Shown here: positions 52,038 to 60,644 of the stretch, piece after piece
Layout of the letters: each line of letters begins with the position of its first letter
Numbering within the stretch: the first letter of the stretch is position 1
Notes under the pieces: generated by a model
The model's database searches: none
What the model saw: the letters and a program-made list of their open reading frames with translations, nothing else
What the model was told of the DNA's origin: nothing
Virus record (IMG/VR): IMGVR_UViG_3300045988_115457
Reading direction: 5' to 3' (one strand)
From: a virus
Length of the DNA stretch: 60,731 nt
Position numbers and translations under genes: made by a program

Positions 52038-53132
52038 TCAATCTCCTTTCTTAACTCTGTTAGCCATAAACTGTTCGACATATATAATGCTGTTTTGCAC
52101 GCATATATCTTTTATTTTATCTCCACCACCGTAAACTATCATATTAGGAATATCCTTTCCTGATATTTCACGGGCAATCTGTATTTCTTCCTTTAAATAC
52201 TCCTGCCTGTCAGAATATCCACGGGTCGCAAAAGCGTTATACCCGTCAGGAATACCTAAACGATTCCACTTTTGAAACTTCTTTGCCACATTCAAATCAG
52301 CCCACACCTTCACACCGCATTCCTGCCAATAGCGGGAAATCCACCTCTTTTTGTATATCTGATGTAATCCGTAGGCAACAGGGGTTGTATCGAACAAGGA
52401 CAAGTTTGGCTCTATGACGGCCTCACATCCGCTATTAAGAACAGTTGTCGGGTCTTTCCATATTGCTTCAAACCGGTAATCCTCTACATAAAAATGATAG
52501 GTAGATATTCCCTTCTTCTGCCTGGTATCAGCGCCCCATGCTGATAAAGGAATTACAAGACCGCTTACTGGCTGTTCGTCCGCCCTTAAATTAGGAATGT
52601 CAAAATCATTATTGCTGTCATATATCCTGTCACCAAGCATCATATCGTAGAAATCAGCCTTTTCTATATCCTCTTCGCTTTCTTCTTCCTGTTGTTCCTC
52701 TGAACTACGCTCTGAAGACTTTTGTTCCGGCTCGTGCCACACCTCAAATCCCCAATCATCAAGCTCTTTGCTATCCCACTCATTGGCAATCATATCCCAG
52801 TCTGTCTCTCCGAATGGATTATTGTCTTGAATAAGCATTTGACGAAGCTTTTCTACTGGCATATCTTCCGGTAAAATACAGCATGGCACTTCTTTCCATC
52901 CTAAATGCCTGTAAGCATGCAAACGCATATTTCCCCCAATTACAATGTATCCACCGTTATATGGGTAAACAAGAATATCCCTTGCTTCTGTCATTTCGGG
53001 AAGCTCTTTTATTGATTTACAAAGCTTACGAAATCTTTCTCCTTTGATAAGTCTAGGATTCTTCGGTAATCCCGCTATTTGCCCATCATTGGGATACACT
53101 TTAGATATTACTATGTTTTCTCTTTTTATCAT
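52038..53132 (-). CDS. ParB N-terminal (nuclease-like) domain protein with a DUF4417-like C-terminal domain
   Basis: ParB/Srx box YIVIGGNMRLHAYRHLG. The C-terminal ISTYHFYVEDYRFEAIWKDP pattern resembles DUF4417. Confidence 0.65.
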   Translation of the reverse strand: MIKRENIVISKVYPNDGQIAGLPKNPRLIKGERFRKLCKSIKELPEMTEARDILVYPYNGGYIVIGGNMRLHAYRHLGWKEVPCCILPEDMPVEKLRQMLIQDNNPFGETDWDMIANEWDSKELDDWGFEVWHEPEQKSSERSSEEQQEEESEEDIEKADFYDMMLGDRIYDSNNDFDIPNLRADEQPVSGLVIPLSAWGADTRQKKGISTYHFYVEDYRFEAIWKDPTTVLNSGCEAVIEPNLSLFDTTPVAYGLHQIYKKRWISRYWQECGVKVWADLNVAKKFQKWNRLGIPDGYNAFATRGYSDRQEYLKEEIQIAREISGKDIPNMIVYGGGDKIKDICVQNSIIYVEQFMANRVKKGD

Positions 53133-53563
53133 ACCTTATCTATTATACCATTGTCTTTCAACCGAGATACAATTCCAGTGTAAATATACTCTATATCCTT
53201 CCGAAAGTCCTTATAATTATTGTAGAGAACAACCACAGTTTCGATATTGTGGGAAATAAATGTTTTATCGCTGATATTTACCGATTCGGCAATCTTATCC
53301 CGAAGTCCTTTTGGCATTCTTCCACCGGCCAATACACTGGGAGCATAAAGGAAAAGAATGATAAATATAAACTTCTTTCTGATATGAACGCTATCCTTAT
53401 TTCCCGGACAATCCCTAAAGTCTTGTATTTCGCAAAACCATTTATATATAGATGGAATATAATCCAGATCTGACATAATAGGAGCAGATAATTCAGACTC
53501 TCTTTCCGACAATCTGGATTTCTGCTCTCTGATAGATTTTAACTCTGATATTTCTGAAAACAT
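53129..53563 (-). CDS. hypothetical protein
   Basis: 144-aa ORF. Contains hairpin family copy 4. Confidence 0.65.
   Translation of the reverse strand: MFSEISELKSIREQKSRLSERESELSAPIMSDLDYIPSIYKWFCEIQDFRDCPGNKDSVHIRKKFIFIILFLYAPSVLAGGRMPKGLRDKIAESVNISDKTFISHNIETVVVLYNNYKDFRKDIEYIYTGIVSRLKDNGIIDKV
53233..53252. repeat. palindromic hairpin family copy 4 (CCACAGT-TTCGAT-ATTGTGG), inside a CDS
   Basis: 7-bp arms with one G-T pair. Same 7-6-7 geometry and GGGAAA right flank as copy 2. Confidence 0.55.
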
Positions 53564-53802
53564 AGTACGATTATTTAAAAGTAAATAGTATATTTGTACT
53601 ATGAATTAGGGAAGGGCGTCTATCTGGTGGTTCGGGTGACGCTCTTTTACTTTGTGTTCTTTCCCCATATTTTCGCATTATACAGGGAATAAGCCCATAA
53701 CTTTATCTCTTCGCTGGTGTCCAGGAATTCCACTTTCATGGCTTCCTTCATACATTACGCCAGTAGGTTGCTGTCTTCTTGGTTCATAATCTGTTTTACA
53801 TT

Positions 53803-53841
53803 AAAAAAACTTCCCCAAATATCAAAAAGACATTTGGGGAA
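53803..53841 (-). terminator. rho-independent terminator
   Basis: Minus strand TTCCCCAAAT-[11 nt]-ATTTGGGGAA followed by GTTTTTTTAA. Confidence 0.7.
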
Positions 53842-53851
53842 TTAATCTGAT

Positions 53852-54625
53852 TTAGCTTGCACTATCCATAACGCTTCGTTCAATCAAAGGAAGTATATCA
53901 GCTACCTTTAACTTTTCATAAAGGAATATTCTTCCTCTTTGAGTCCATTCGGTATTTAGTACAGTGTCCGGACGACCATCCTTATGAGTAATATTAACTG
54001 TCTTGCTATGAACATACCCTTTTGAGACATAAGGAGCATACAATATCCATTGACCGTTTACCTTATGTTGAATCTTTAAATCTGATAACACTTTGTTAAA
54101 AGCCTTGGCAGACATTCCATAGTCCTGTGCAATTTGCGTAGTTGTTACTGTTCCTCTACTAGATAAAATAACTTCAAGATAATCGGTTTTCTTCTTCATC
54201 TCGATAATCTCTGTGCTCATACAGGATATTTGCTTTTGCTGCTCTTCAATTTGAAGTTGCTGTTGTGCCGCTAACATTAGGGCTTCACTAAAAGAAGAAG
54301 GGACTTGATATGCAGGAGTGGCTTTACCTGTTTCTAAGGCATCCCAACGAAGAACTAACTTTGCCCTTGTCTCATCATTAAATTTTGCTGCGACATACAT
54401 ACATTCTTTGTAGTCAAGTTCATAGCATGGTGTTTCTCTAAATCCGCCATTAGGCATTTCAACATTTTTTGATGTAAGCGGAAATTTCCGCCCACATAAC
54501 TTTTCCCATGCAGGCTCCATTTTTCTAATGGATTCCAAAACATCTTTATGATTTCTACCTGCAAGTTCTGCTATTTCAAGAGAACTCATAGTCTTTTTAT
54601 TACTTAGTATTAAATTGTTCATCAC
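53852..54625 (-). CDS. Rha-family regulatory protein with a KilA-C-like C-terminus (antirepressor)
   Basis: MSSLEIAELAGRNHKDVLESIRKME...TTTQIAQDYGMSAKAFNKVLSDLKIQHKVNGQWILYAPYVSKGY. Confidence 0.78.
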   Translation of the reverse strand: MMNNLILSNKKTMSSLEIAELAGRNHKDVLESIRKMEPAWEKLCGRKFPLTSKNVEMPNGGFRETPCYELDYKECMYVAAKFNDETRAKLVLRWDALETGKATPAYQVPSSFSEALMLAAQQQLQIEEQQKQISCMSTEIIEMKKKTDYLEVILSSRGTVTTTQIAQDYGMSAKAFNKVLSDLKIQHKVNGQWILYAPYVSKGYVHSKTVNITHKDGRPDTVLNTEWTQRGRIFLYEKLKVADILPLIERSVMDSAS

Positions 54626-54633
54626 CTTACGTT

Positions 54634-54870
54634 TTAAATATTAGATAATAGGAACTCCATACAATCCTTATGTGGATCGTCGGAATGATAATTGTTGCAG
54701 AACTCTGCAAACTCATTGAGAAGGTTATGGGACAATATAAAGAAGTAAGCCTCATTCTTGGCATTCTTCTCTTTTTCAAATTTACGATAAGATACACGCT
54801 TTCGTGGTGCGGACGTAGATGTAGGATTTACTGTACTTCGATCCTTCTCTAATTTCATTGGACTTGGCAT
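54634..54870 (-). CDS. hypothetical protein
   Basis: 78-aa ORF. Confidence 0.55.
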   Translation of the reverse strand: MPSPMKLEKDRSTVNPTSTSAPRKRVSYRKFEKEKNAKNEAYFFILSHNLLNEFAEFCNNYHSDDPHKDCMEFLLSNI

Positions 54871-54889
54871 GTTATGAAATTTGAGTTAT

Positions 54890-54971
54890 TAAAAATAAGA
54901 AAGGCTATCGCCTCACGAACCGCCAAGTCCAAGTTATTACATAATTGTAGTAACCCATGTGAGTGATAGCC
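54890..54971 (-). terminator. terminator-like leader hairpin with a conserved loop module (copy 2)
   Basis: Minus strand GGCTATC-A-CTCAC-[42 nt]-GTGAG-GC-GATAGCC followed by CTTTCTTATTTTT, about 20 nt before the next start codon. Contains CGGTTCGTGAGGCGATAG. Confidence 0.4.
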
Positions 54972-55060
54972 CCTATATCTTTGCAATATAAACGCAATGC
55001 ATAGCCACAAAAATAGCTACTACAAATTATGTCTAATACATGAACTTGGCGTGTTCACCG

Positions 55061-55091
55061 CAAAGATACACTCAAATTTCAAAATACCAAA
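55061..55091 (-). promoter_or_regulatory. candidate Bacteroides-type promoter
   Basis: Minus strand TTTG (55091-88), 19 nt, then TATCTTTG (55068-61). Confidence 0.4.
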
Positions 55092-55109
55092 CAATTTATA
55101 GGTTCATAA

Positions 55110-55436
55110 TCATTTTAAAGGATCAATCATTTGTTCTCTGTCTTCCATTTTTCTTTTAAGATAACTGTATTCCTGTTCAATACATTTACTTATCTTTTCT
55201 ACATCTTCGTAACGTTCGGCTTTTATCAGATCTCTTTTAAAGCTTTCAAGCTGATTGATGTATACGATGTCATTACGATCAGTTACGTGCTGAATATAAC
55301 TTTTGATGTCATTCAGCTTGCCCTCCATGCGTCTGTGCCATTTACCTATCAAAATTACAATGATGGCAACGGTTGTGACATTGAGGATGAATAATGCAAT
55401 TTTAAGTATTAATTCTGCTACTTCGCTTATTGGCAT
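55110..55436 (-). CDS. single-pass membrane protein
   Basis: MPISEVAELILKIALFILNVTTVAIIVILIGKW..., then a coiled-coil segment. Confidence 0.55.
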   Translation of the reverse strand: MPISEVAELILKIALFILNVTTVAIIVILIGKWHRRMEGKLNDIKSYIQHVTDRNDIVYINQLESFKRDLIKAERYEDVEKISKCIEQEYSYLKRKMEDREQMIDPLK

Positions 55437-55449
55437 GGCTATTCCTCCC

Positions 55450-56103
55450 TTAGTCAAATAACACAAACTCGTAAGCAAATACAAACGGATTACTTTCCCA
55501 TGCGCCTTTGCCGGAAACTTTATCTATCAAGTAGGCAAAAGCTTCTTGGGCTACGTTCGTTGACAAGTAAGATCCGTTTACATGTGGGGTATGATATATT
55601 TTTTGTCCAAGAAAAGTTGACGCATGAATAATTCCCTCTTTCAAGCAATCTTCATCGCTAATGTCCTGTAGGCGTTCAACCTTGATCCCGGTAATTTTGA
55701 TATGGTGGGGCATTAGGTCGGCTTTCACAAACATCTTGTTAGCCCATCCAGCTGCTCTGTCTCTGTGATAATGAATCCCATCCTGTACCCATGAATACTC
55801 TCCATTATATCCAATGTCTTTATAGCTTTGCGCAATGGCAACAACTTCGCCAACCTTGTACGGAGAAACAATTGTATCACAATAATAACCGTCTGATATT
55901 TTTTCTTTTATTCCAAAATAAACATTATCATCGCCTGTATTTATTTTATTTAAATCAGGTACTCTAACTATCACCATATCAGGACAGCTACACATCCAGT
56001 AATGTAGCTTCTTATCTGTTATTATTCTTCTCGTCATAGTCTTTCGACCGTCCAATACGGCTTGCGTTAAGCCGTATTTATCATTGAACATTATTTTCTT
56101 CAT
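55450..56103 (-). CDS. ASCH/PUA-like fold protein
   Basis: N-terminal FNDKYGLTQAVLDGRKTMTRR matches the ASCH-type pattern (..ILSGKKTQTRR). Confidence 0.45.
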   Translation of the reverse strand: MKKIMFNDKYGLTQAVLDGRKTMTRRIITDKKLHYWMCSCPDMVIVRVPDLNKINTGDDNVYFGIKEKISDGYYCDTIVSPYKVGEVVAIAQSYKDIGYNGEYSWVQDGIHYHRDRAAGWANKMFVKADLMPHHIKITGIKVERLQDISDEDCLKEGIIHASTFLGQKIYHTPHVNGSYLSTNVAQEAFAYLIDKVSGKGAWESNPFVFAYEFVLFD

Positions 56104-56105
56104 GA

Positions 56106-56516
56106 TTATTCCTCCTTGATTAAATCTGGGTTATCGTAGATATTTCCAATCACGATAGTATCATCCATTTTTGTAAGATCAGATTGCCCGAAATAGAATA
56201 AATTTCGACCATTAGAAAGTTGAAAACTACAATTACGATATAGGATAATAGCTGTATATTCTTCTGGATTAAAACCAAATGTAATAGTGTGAAGAATATC
56301 CCCTTCGTAAATTTCCTTACCGTCCTTATCAAGCAATCCGGTGAATTGACCTACGGTTTCTGAATAAACTTCATACAGACCGATGATTTTTCCTCTTTCT
56401 ATATCATTTAGATTCGGAATAACAGCGTATCTATTCTCTTCAATCTTAATAAGGGAGCCAAGCAGCCATCCATCACTGTATATGCTTTTTCCTCTGAATT
56501 TTATTGTACGATTCAT
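56106..56516 (-). CDS. YopX-family protein
   Basis: KFRGK...VGQFTGLLDKDGKEIYEGDIL...VIGNIYDNPDLI. Confidence 0.8.
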   Translation of the reverse strand: MNRTIKFRGKSIYSDGWLLGSLIKIEENRYAVIPNLNDIERGKIIGLYEVYSETVGQFTGLLDKDGKEIYEGDILHTITFGFNPEEYTAIILYRNCSFQLSNGRNLFYFGQSDLTKMDDTIVIGNIYDNPDLIKEE

Positions 56517-56719
56517 TTTATTCCTCCTTTTTTTAATTCTTCACAATGCAACTTATAAGCATATGCAAACATCTTCAAAGTAACAGGATCAAAGTGAAAA
56601 TCTGCTTGTTTGCCATCTACTACAACAGAAACACATAAATCTCCATCACAAAAATCAATATATGCCATAGCATCGTCATTCCCTCTGATAGAAAAGGTCT
56701 GTGTCTGTATACTATCCAT
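56513..56719 (-). CDS. hypothetical protein
   Basis: 68-aa ORF with 4- and 8-nt overlaps with its neighbours. Confidence 0.55.
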   Translation of the reverse strand: MDSIQTQTFSIRGNDDAMAYIDFCDGDLCVSVVVDGKQADFHFDPVTLKMFAYAYKLHCEELKKGGIK

Positions 56720-57155
56720 GACTCACCTCCTTTTCTTTAAAGTGTTCTATTAGCTCTTCTACGGTAGCCTTGTGATAATGATTATCTCGTGCACAATCAT
56801 CGTCATTGGATTTACAAAAAATCCATTCTCCTATTTCAGCATAAACTGTTGCTTCTCCATTGTCCGATCTATCCCAATGATTTACATCGCAAATAAACCA
56901 TTGATTTTCGTTTGTATCATCCCTCAATGCGGCTATTGCCAAGAAAAGTTCTTCGTTAGTTCCGCAATCAATAGAACGAGATAGTTCTTCCAAATACCCT
57001 AAAGGTATGTTTAAGTAATATCCTTTATTTACAAATAGATAATTCCCTCTATCATCGTCAATACATTCAGGATGCATATAATATCCCAACTCCTCCAACT
57101 TCTTCCGAAGCTCCGGTGTATTGCGTCTAATAAACGCTGCTGTTGTAAATCCCAT
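56712..57155 (-). CDS. hypothetical protein
   Basis: 147-aa ORF. Confidence 0.65.
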   Translation of the reverse strand: MGFTTAAFIRRNTPELRKKLEELGYYMHPECIDDDRGNYLFVNKGYYLNIPLGYLEELSRSIDCGTNEELFLAIAALRDDTNENQWFICDVNHWDRSDNGEATVYAEIGEWIFCKSNDDDCARDNHYHKATVEELIEHFKEKEVSHG

Positions 57156-57176
57156 AGTTATTCGTTTTTAAGGCGT

Positions 57177-57488
57177 TTAAATACTTAACAATCCAATTCT
57201 CTTCAATTTCTTTCTAAAATTCTTTTCATTCAAGGCTTGGTCGTAATAACAATCAGGCTCTATAACCGTTTCAGACTTGGTTACAGGAAGCCCATTCAAA
57301 GCAATAGAAACCTTGTGTATAATAGAAGCTCTCTTGATTTCCCCTGTTTTTCGATTAAAAGAGAATAAGATATGCCCCGGATTCCTCTTAATCTTATTTA
57401 CCAATTTATATTCTGTTTGCTGCTTTTGCAGATATTCTATCTGTTCCATAGAAAGATTATCTTTTGTTAGAATAGGTACTATATCCAT
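57177..57488 (-). CDS. hypothetical protein
   Basis: 103-aa ORF. Confidence 0.6.
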   Translation of the reverse strand: MDIVPILTKDNLSMEQIEYLQKQQTEYKLVNKIKRNPGHILFSFNRKTGEIKRASIIHKVSIALNGLPVTKSETVIEPDCYYDQALNEKNFRKKLKRIGLLSI

Positions 57489-57492
57489 TTAG

Positions 57493-57687
57493 TTAGTACT
57501 CCTTCTTTACCAATTCAACTTCTGTCGGCTCTTCATCTTTCCATTTTACTTCGGGAAATAGTGCAGGATCAAGCCTAATCCAATCAAATCTATGTTTTGT
57601 TGGTTGCCAAAATTCACCATCAGCAGCCTTTACGGGTCGTTCTGTGAAAAGTAACAAATCACCGTCTTTGTCTCTTGCTATATACAT
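57493..57687 (-). CDS. hypothetical protein
   Basis: 64-aa ORF. Confidence 0.55.
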   Translation of the reverse strand: MYIARDKDGDLLLFTERPVKAADGEFWQPTKHRFDWIRLDPALFPEVKWKDEEPTEVELVKKEY

Positions 57688-57689
57688 AT

Positions 57690-57893
57690 TCAGTCTCCCT
57701 TCTTCTTTAAGTCATTAATTGCAATATCCCTAATACTTCTAGTGTCAAATCCGTTATAAGTCAACGTTCCTCCATAAAACTCAATAGTGTCTCCTTTAAC
57801 AGTGATAATCGTTCCGCCTTTTAAACGACCAGCCATATCATCTTTGCAAGATAATAGCATGGTTATCATAAGTATAATTAATATAAATCTCAT
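57690..57893 (-). CDS. small lipoprotein
   Basis: MRFILIILMITMLLSC lipobox. Confidence 0.55.
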   Translation of the reverse strand: MRFILIILMITMLLSCKDDMAGRLKGGTIITVKGDTIEFYGGTLTYNGFDTRSIRDIAINDLKKKGD

Positions 57894-57896
57894 TAG

Positions 57897-58253
57897 TCAA
57901 TCTCCTTTCTCTTTAATCCGTTCTAGTACATCTCTGTTTGCTTCAAGTATTTCATCGAAAGATGGGATTGGCATCCATGCAAGTATTTTATTAGAGCCAA
58001 ATTTCCAATCTTTTTCGTCCAAATAGGTATTTTGTTGGATTTGTATTTCTCCCTTATGCTCATAAAGAACTAAAACTTTTTCTAAATAGTCCGGCAACCG
58101 TTCCTCAATACTTATCCACGGGGATTGCTTTGCGTACCATTCTGCACCAGCGATAAAATCATCCTGTGTTTCTCTATACAAAATTCCTCTGTCAGTAGGA
58201 TCATATAGATCGTCAGCGTATTTTCTTGCTGCTTCTTCTAATGTCTGTTTCAT
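57897..58253 (-). CDS. DUF551-domain protein
   Basis: WISIEERLPD...VLVLYE...WMPIP pattern. Confidence 0.65.
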   Translation of the reverse strand: MKQTLEEAARKYADDLYDPTDRGILYRETQDDFIAGAEWYAKQSPWISIEERLPDYLEKVLVLYEHKGEIQIQQNTYLDEKDWKFGSNKILAWMPIPSFDEILEANRDVLERIKEKGD

Positions 58254-58340
58254 AATTTATTTGTTGTAAGTTCCTCTAATATTTTATTTCTCCTGATAAT
58301 ACCATACGATAATGCGGAAGGGATTGCCATTCTTGAATAG

Positions 58341-58901
58341 CTATTGCCACCTTGTGACTGTTGAAAAATCACAAGGAGAATTAAATTCATTAGTCAATAT
58401 ATACACAGCCTTGTATTCGTTTCTCAAAGTATCACCATGGAATACGATACCGGATATTCCCCTGATAGCTAGATTAAATAAAAGGAAAGGTACTGTTTTG
58501 TCTGACAACTCACCACATACTATCAAATGGTCGTTAGGTTTATAATCCAGAAAGCTAATACTATTCCGGTGATTGTACCAATTCGAGATAAGCATTCCGC
58601 CTGTTCCGGCTGTTGGCTCATAGGTCACTCCGGTATCAGAACCTAATAATTTAGAAACCAAAGCTGAAAGACTTTTAGGAGTAAAATCCTGCTTGTTATT
58701 CTTTCGGTCGGCATGTTCATCTTCAAAGTATTCATGGAACCAATCATAACTGACATCGCATTTGAAATAATCCAAAAAGTCTTTGAATACCTTAATTCGT
58801 TCTTTTTTCTCTCCAAATAAAAGATTCATTATCCGTTCCGGTGCCTGATAACTGTCTGTTATACTCAACATTTCGTTTATATCAGATAATATATTTTTCA
58901 T
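58341..58901 (-). CDS. truncated N6-adenine DNA methylase-like protein (HsdM-type N-terminal half, no NPPF/Y motif)
   Basis: QDFTPKSL (xxFTP), motif I YEPTAGTGGML, NLAIRGISGIVFHGDTL. Where motif IV is expected it reads ILTNEFNSP, and the ORF stops 15 codons later (TAG). Confidence 0.6.
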   Translation of the reverse strand: MKNILSDINEMLSITDSYQAPERIMNLLFGEKKERIKVFKDFLDYFKCDVSYDWFHEYFEDEHADRKNNKQDFTPKSLSALVSKLLGSDTGVTYEPTAGTGGMLISNWYNHRNSISFLDYKPNDHLIVCGELSDKTVPFLLFNLAIRGISGIVFHGDTLRNEYKAVYILTNEFNSPCDFSTVTRWQ

Positions 58902-59901
58902 GGGCTAATTTAACTTCATCATTAGTTGACTGTGCATAAATAGTAGTCGTTTGAATGCTTTCATGACCTAACATTTTTTGCACTTGTTCAATAGGCATTC
59001 CACGTTTCAAAGCAGTAGTAGCGGCTGTCCTCCTGAATCTATGAGGATGAACATTAGGTATACCAGCCTTTTTCCCAAGATTCCGTAACATGATTTCTAC
59101 GGCTCCCTTTGATATACGAGAAAGCTGTTTCGTATCTTTTATCTGCGAACACATACCCTCATAATCCGACAAGAACAAAGCTTCCAAAGTGTCTGTCCGA
59201 GAATTAATATATTCCTGTAGAGCTATTTTACATCGAGCGGACAAGTATACAGTGCGATATTTTCTGCCCTTCCCTAATACATCCACTTGACCGTTTACCC
59301 AATCAACATCAGCCCGATTGACATTCGTCATTTCAGAAACACGACAACCGGTGGAAAAAAGAAACTCTATTATAGCTCTGTTTCTTTTATTTTTAGTCAT
59401 TGCCCTAAGATTCTCCATATCATCCTCACTCAAAGGCTTCTTTAATTTCTTCACTTGCCTTACACCTTTAATCCGAAGAATCGGATTCCTTTCAATTATA
59501 CCCTCCTCTGTACACCAAGTAAAAAAACTACTTAAAGTCCTACGGATATTATTCAATGTGTTGTCACTGCATTTATTTATCTTCTTGTAAGCTAAATACA
59601 CACGAATATCATCTGTTACGATCTCTTTTATATGCTTCCCAACTTGAAGGATAAAGGCTCTCAATATGACACGGTAATAGTCCAAGGAACTTTGGCACAA
59701 TCCTTCGACGGCTTTAGCTATGAAGAATTTACTAATAATCTGCGAATCGGAGTTATCATAGACCACAACCGATGTTTCCTTTTCTGTTATATCATAATTC
59801 CTTAAGCAAAATGATATAGAATCGATCACTGTAGGAATTTCCTCATTAGGAATTTTGCCAAATAAGGTATCACGTATTTCACTCAATATGTACTCTTTCA
59901 T
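58882..59901 (-). CDS. XerC/D-like tyrosine recombinase (second recombinase)
   Basis: STGCRVSE (R), GKGRK (K), HPHRFRRT (HxxR), LGHESIQTTTIY (H...Y). Overlaps the methylase-like gene by 20 nt. Confidence 0.9.
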   Translation of the reverse strand: MKEYILSEIRDTLFGKIPNEEIPTVIDSISFCLRNYDITEKETSVVVYDNSDSQIISKFFIAKAVEGLCQSSLDYYRVILRAFILQVGKHIKEIVTDDIRVYLAYKKINKCSDNTLNNIRRTLSSFFTWCTEEGIIERNPILRIKGVRQVKKLKKPLSEDDMENLRAMTKNKRNRAIIEFLFSTGCRVSEMTNVNRADVDWVNGQVDVLGKGRKYRTVYLSARCKIALQEYINSRTDTLEALFLSDYEGMCSQIKDTKQLSRISKGAVEIMLRNLGKKAGIPNVHPHRFRRTAATTALKRGMPIEQVQKMLGHESIQTTTIYAQSTNDEVKLAHEKYII

Positions 59902-60278
59902 ATATTTATCAAATCAAGCCATTCATTATCATTTTCCCAAAACCATTGATAACCTCCGGCACTCTTTCTTTTACCAGAGCAACAACTACGAATATTGCGG
60001 CTACATATTCCTGTTTTCCGACCTGCATCATTAGAAGATGGATAAATAGCAAATAATTGCCTGTCTTTTATTGCGACTACTTGCTTTGCATTACTTCCTG
60101 CAATATTAGGATTACCCTTTCTGCCTAATTCCAATCCTCTAAGCATCTTCCTTTTCTTACGACCATCTATATAGTCAGACCATTTTTTCCCCTTATTAAA
60201 GGGAGTGTGCCCTTTTAAAAACCTACCATTTACAAGGTTTCTGGTAGGGCGTTCTATGGGTATATATAATTCACTCAT
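59898..60278 (-). CDS. NUMOD1/IENR-like DNA-binding protein
   Basis: SNDAGRKTGICSRNIRSCCSGKRKSAGGYQWFWEN matches the ...ISKCCRGKRKTAGGYKW... module of homing-endonuclease DNA-binding domains. No nuclease motif seen. Confidence 0.5.
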   Translation of the reverse strand: MSELYIPIERPTRNLVNGRFLKGHTPFNKGKKWSDYIDGRKKRKMLRGLELGRKGNPNIAGSNAKQVVAIKDRQLFAIYPSSNDAGRKTGICSRNIRSCCSGKRKSAGGYQWFWENDNEWLDLINI

Positions 60279-60531
60279 CTTTATTTATCTTGAATATTTC
60301 TTTATTATTCTTGATGGTTTTATACACACATTGATACAAAGCCCACGCACAGAAGCCGAAAAGCGGTATATCAGCGAATATAAAACGCCATATATTGAAT
60401 CCGAATCTGCCGTAAATGGCTAATATCGTACAAACAATCCCTAATAAACCAAGAGCTAATATATGTAGCCAGCCACCGCTATTTATCCATTTGTATATTG
60501 GTTCAGCGATGTATTTGTTATAGATATTCAT
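60271..60531 (-). CDS. membrane protein
   Basis: 86 aa with two or three hydrophobic helices. Confidence 0.55.
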   Translation of the reverse strand: MNIYNKYIAEPIYKWINSGGWLHILALGLLGIVCTILAIYGRFGFNIWRFIFADIPLFGFCAWALYQCVYKTIKNNKEIFKINKDE

Positions 60532-60644
60532 ATTTGATTAATTTTATTTTCTAAAACCCATACCCACACTTATCTTCCAGATGGGCTACTGTAGAGGTAA
60601 AGGCGTAATGGTATTCACTGTATTTGCTCATATTTAAATTGTTA

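Noticed and set aside
54917-55056. Invertible promoter: imperfect inverted repeat GAACCGCCAAGTCC / GAACTTGGCGTGTTC flanking ~110 bp that contains a plus-strand TATCTTTG box facing the minus-strand promoter
   Set aside because: The repeat is imperfect (12 of 13 plus an indel). The internal plus-strand box has no -33 TTTG partner and no plus-strand gene to drive. The arms overlap elements better explained as RNA leader structure. It is worth a PhaseFinder check but is not supported by sequence alone.
58287-58343. TAG read-through of the methylase-like gene: 18 further in-frame codons (LFKNGNPFRIIVWYYQEK) containing NPF
   Set aside because: The extension is far too short to supply the missing catalytic and C-terminal domains. 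NGNPF lacks the hydrophobic strand that precedes a real NPPF motif. There is no evidence for TAG suppression in this genome.
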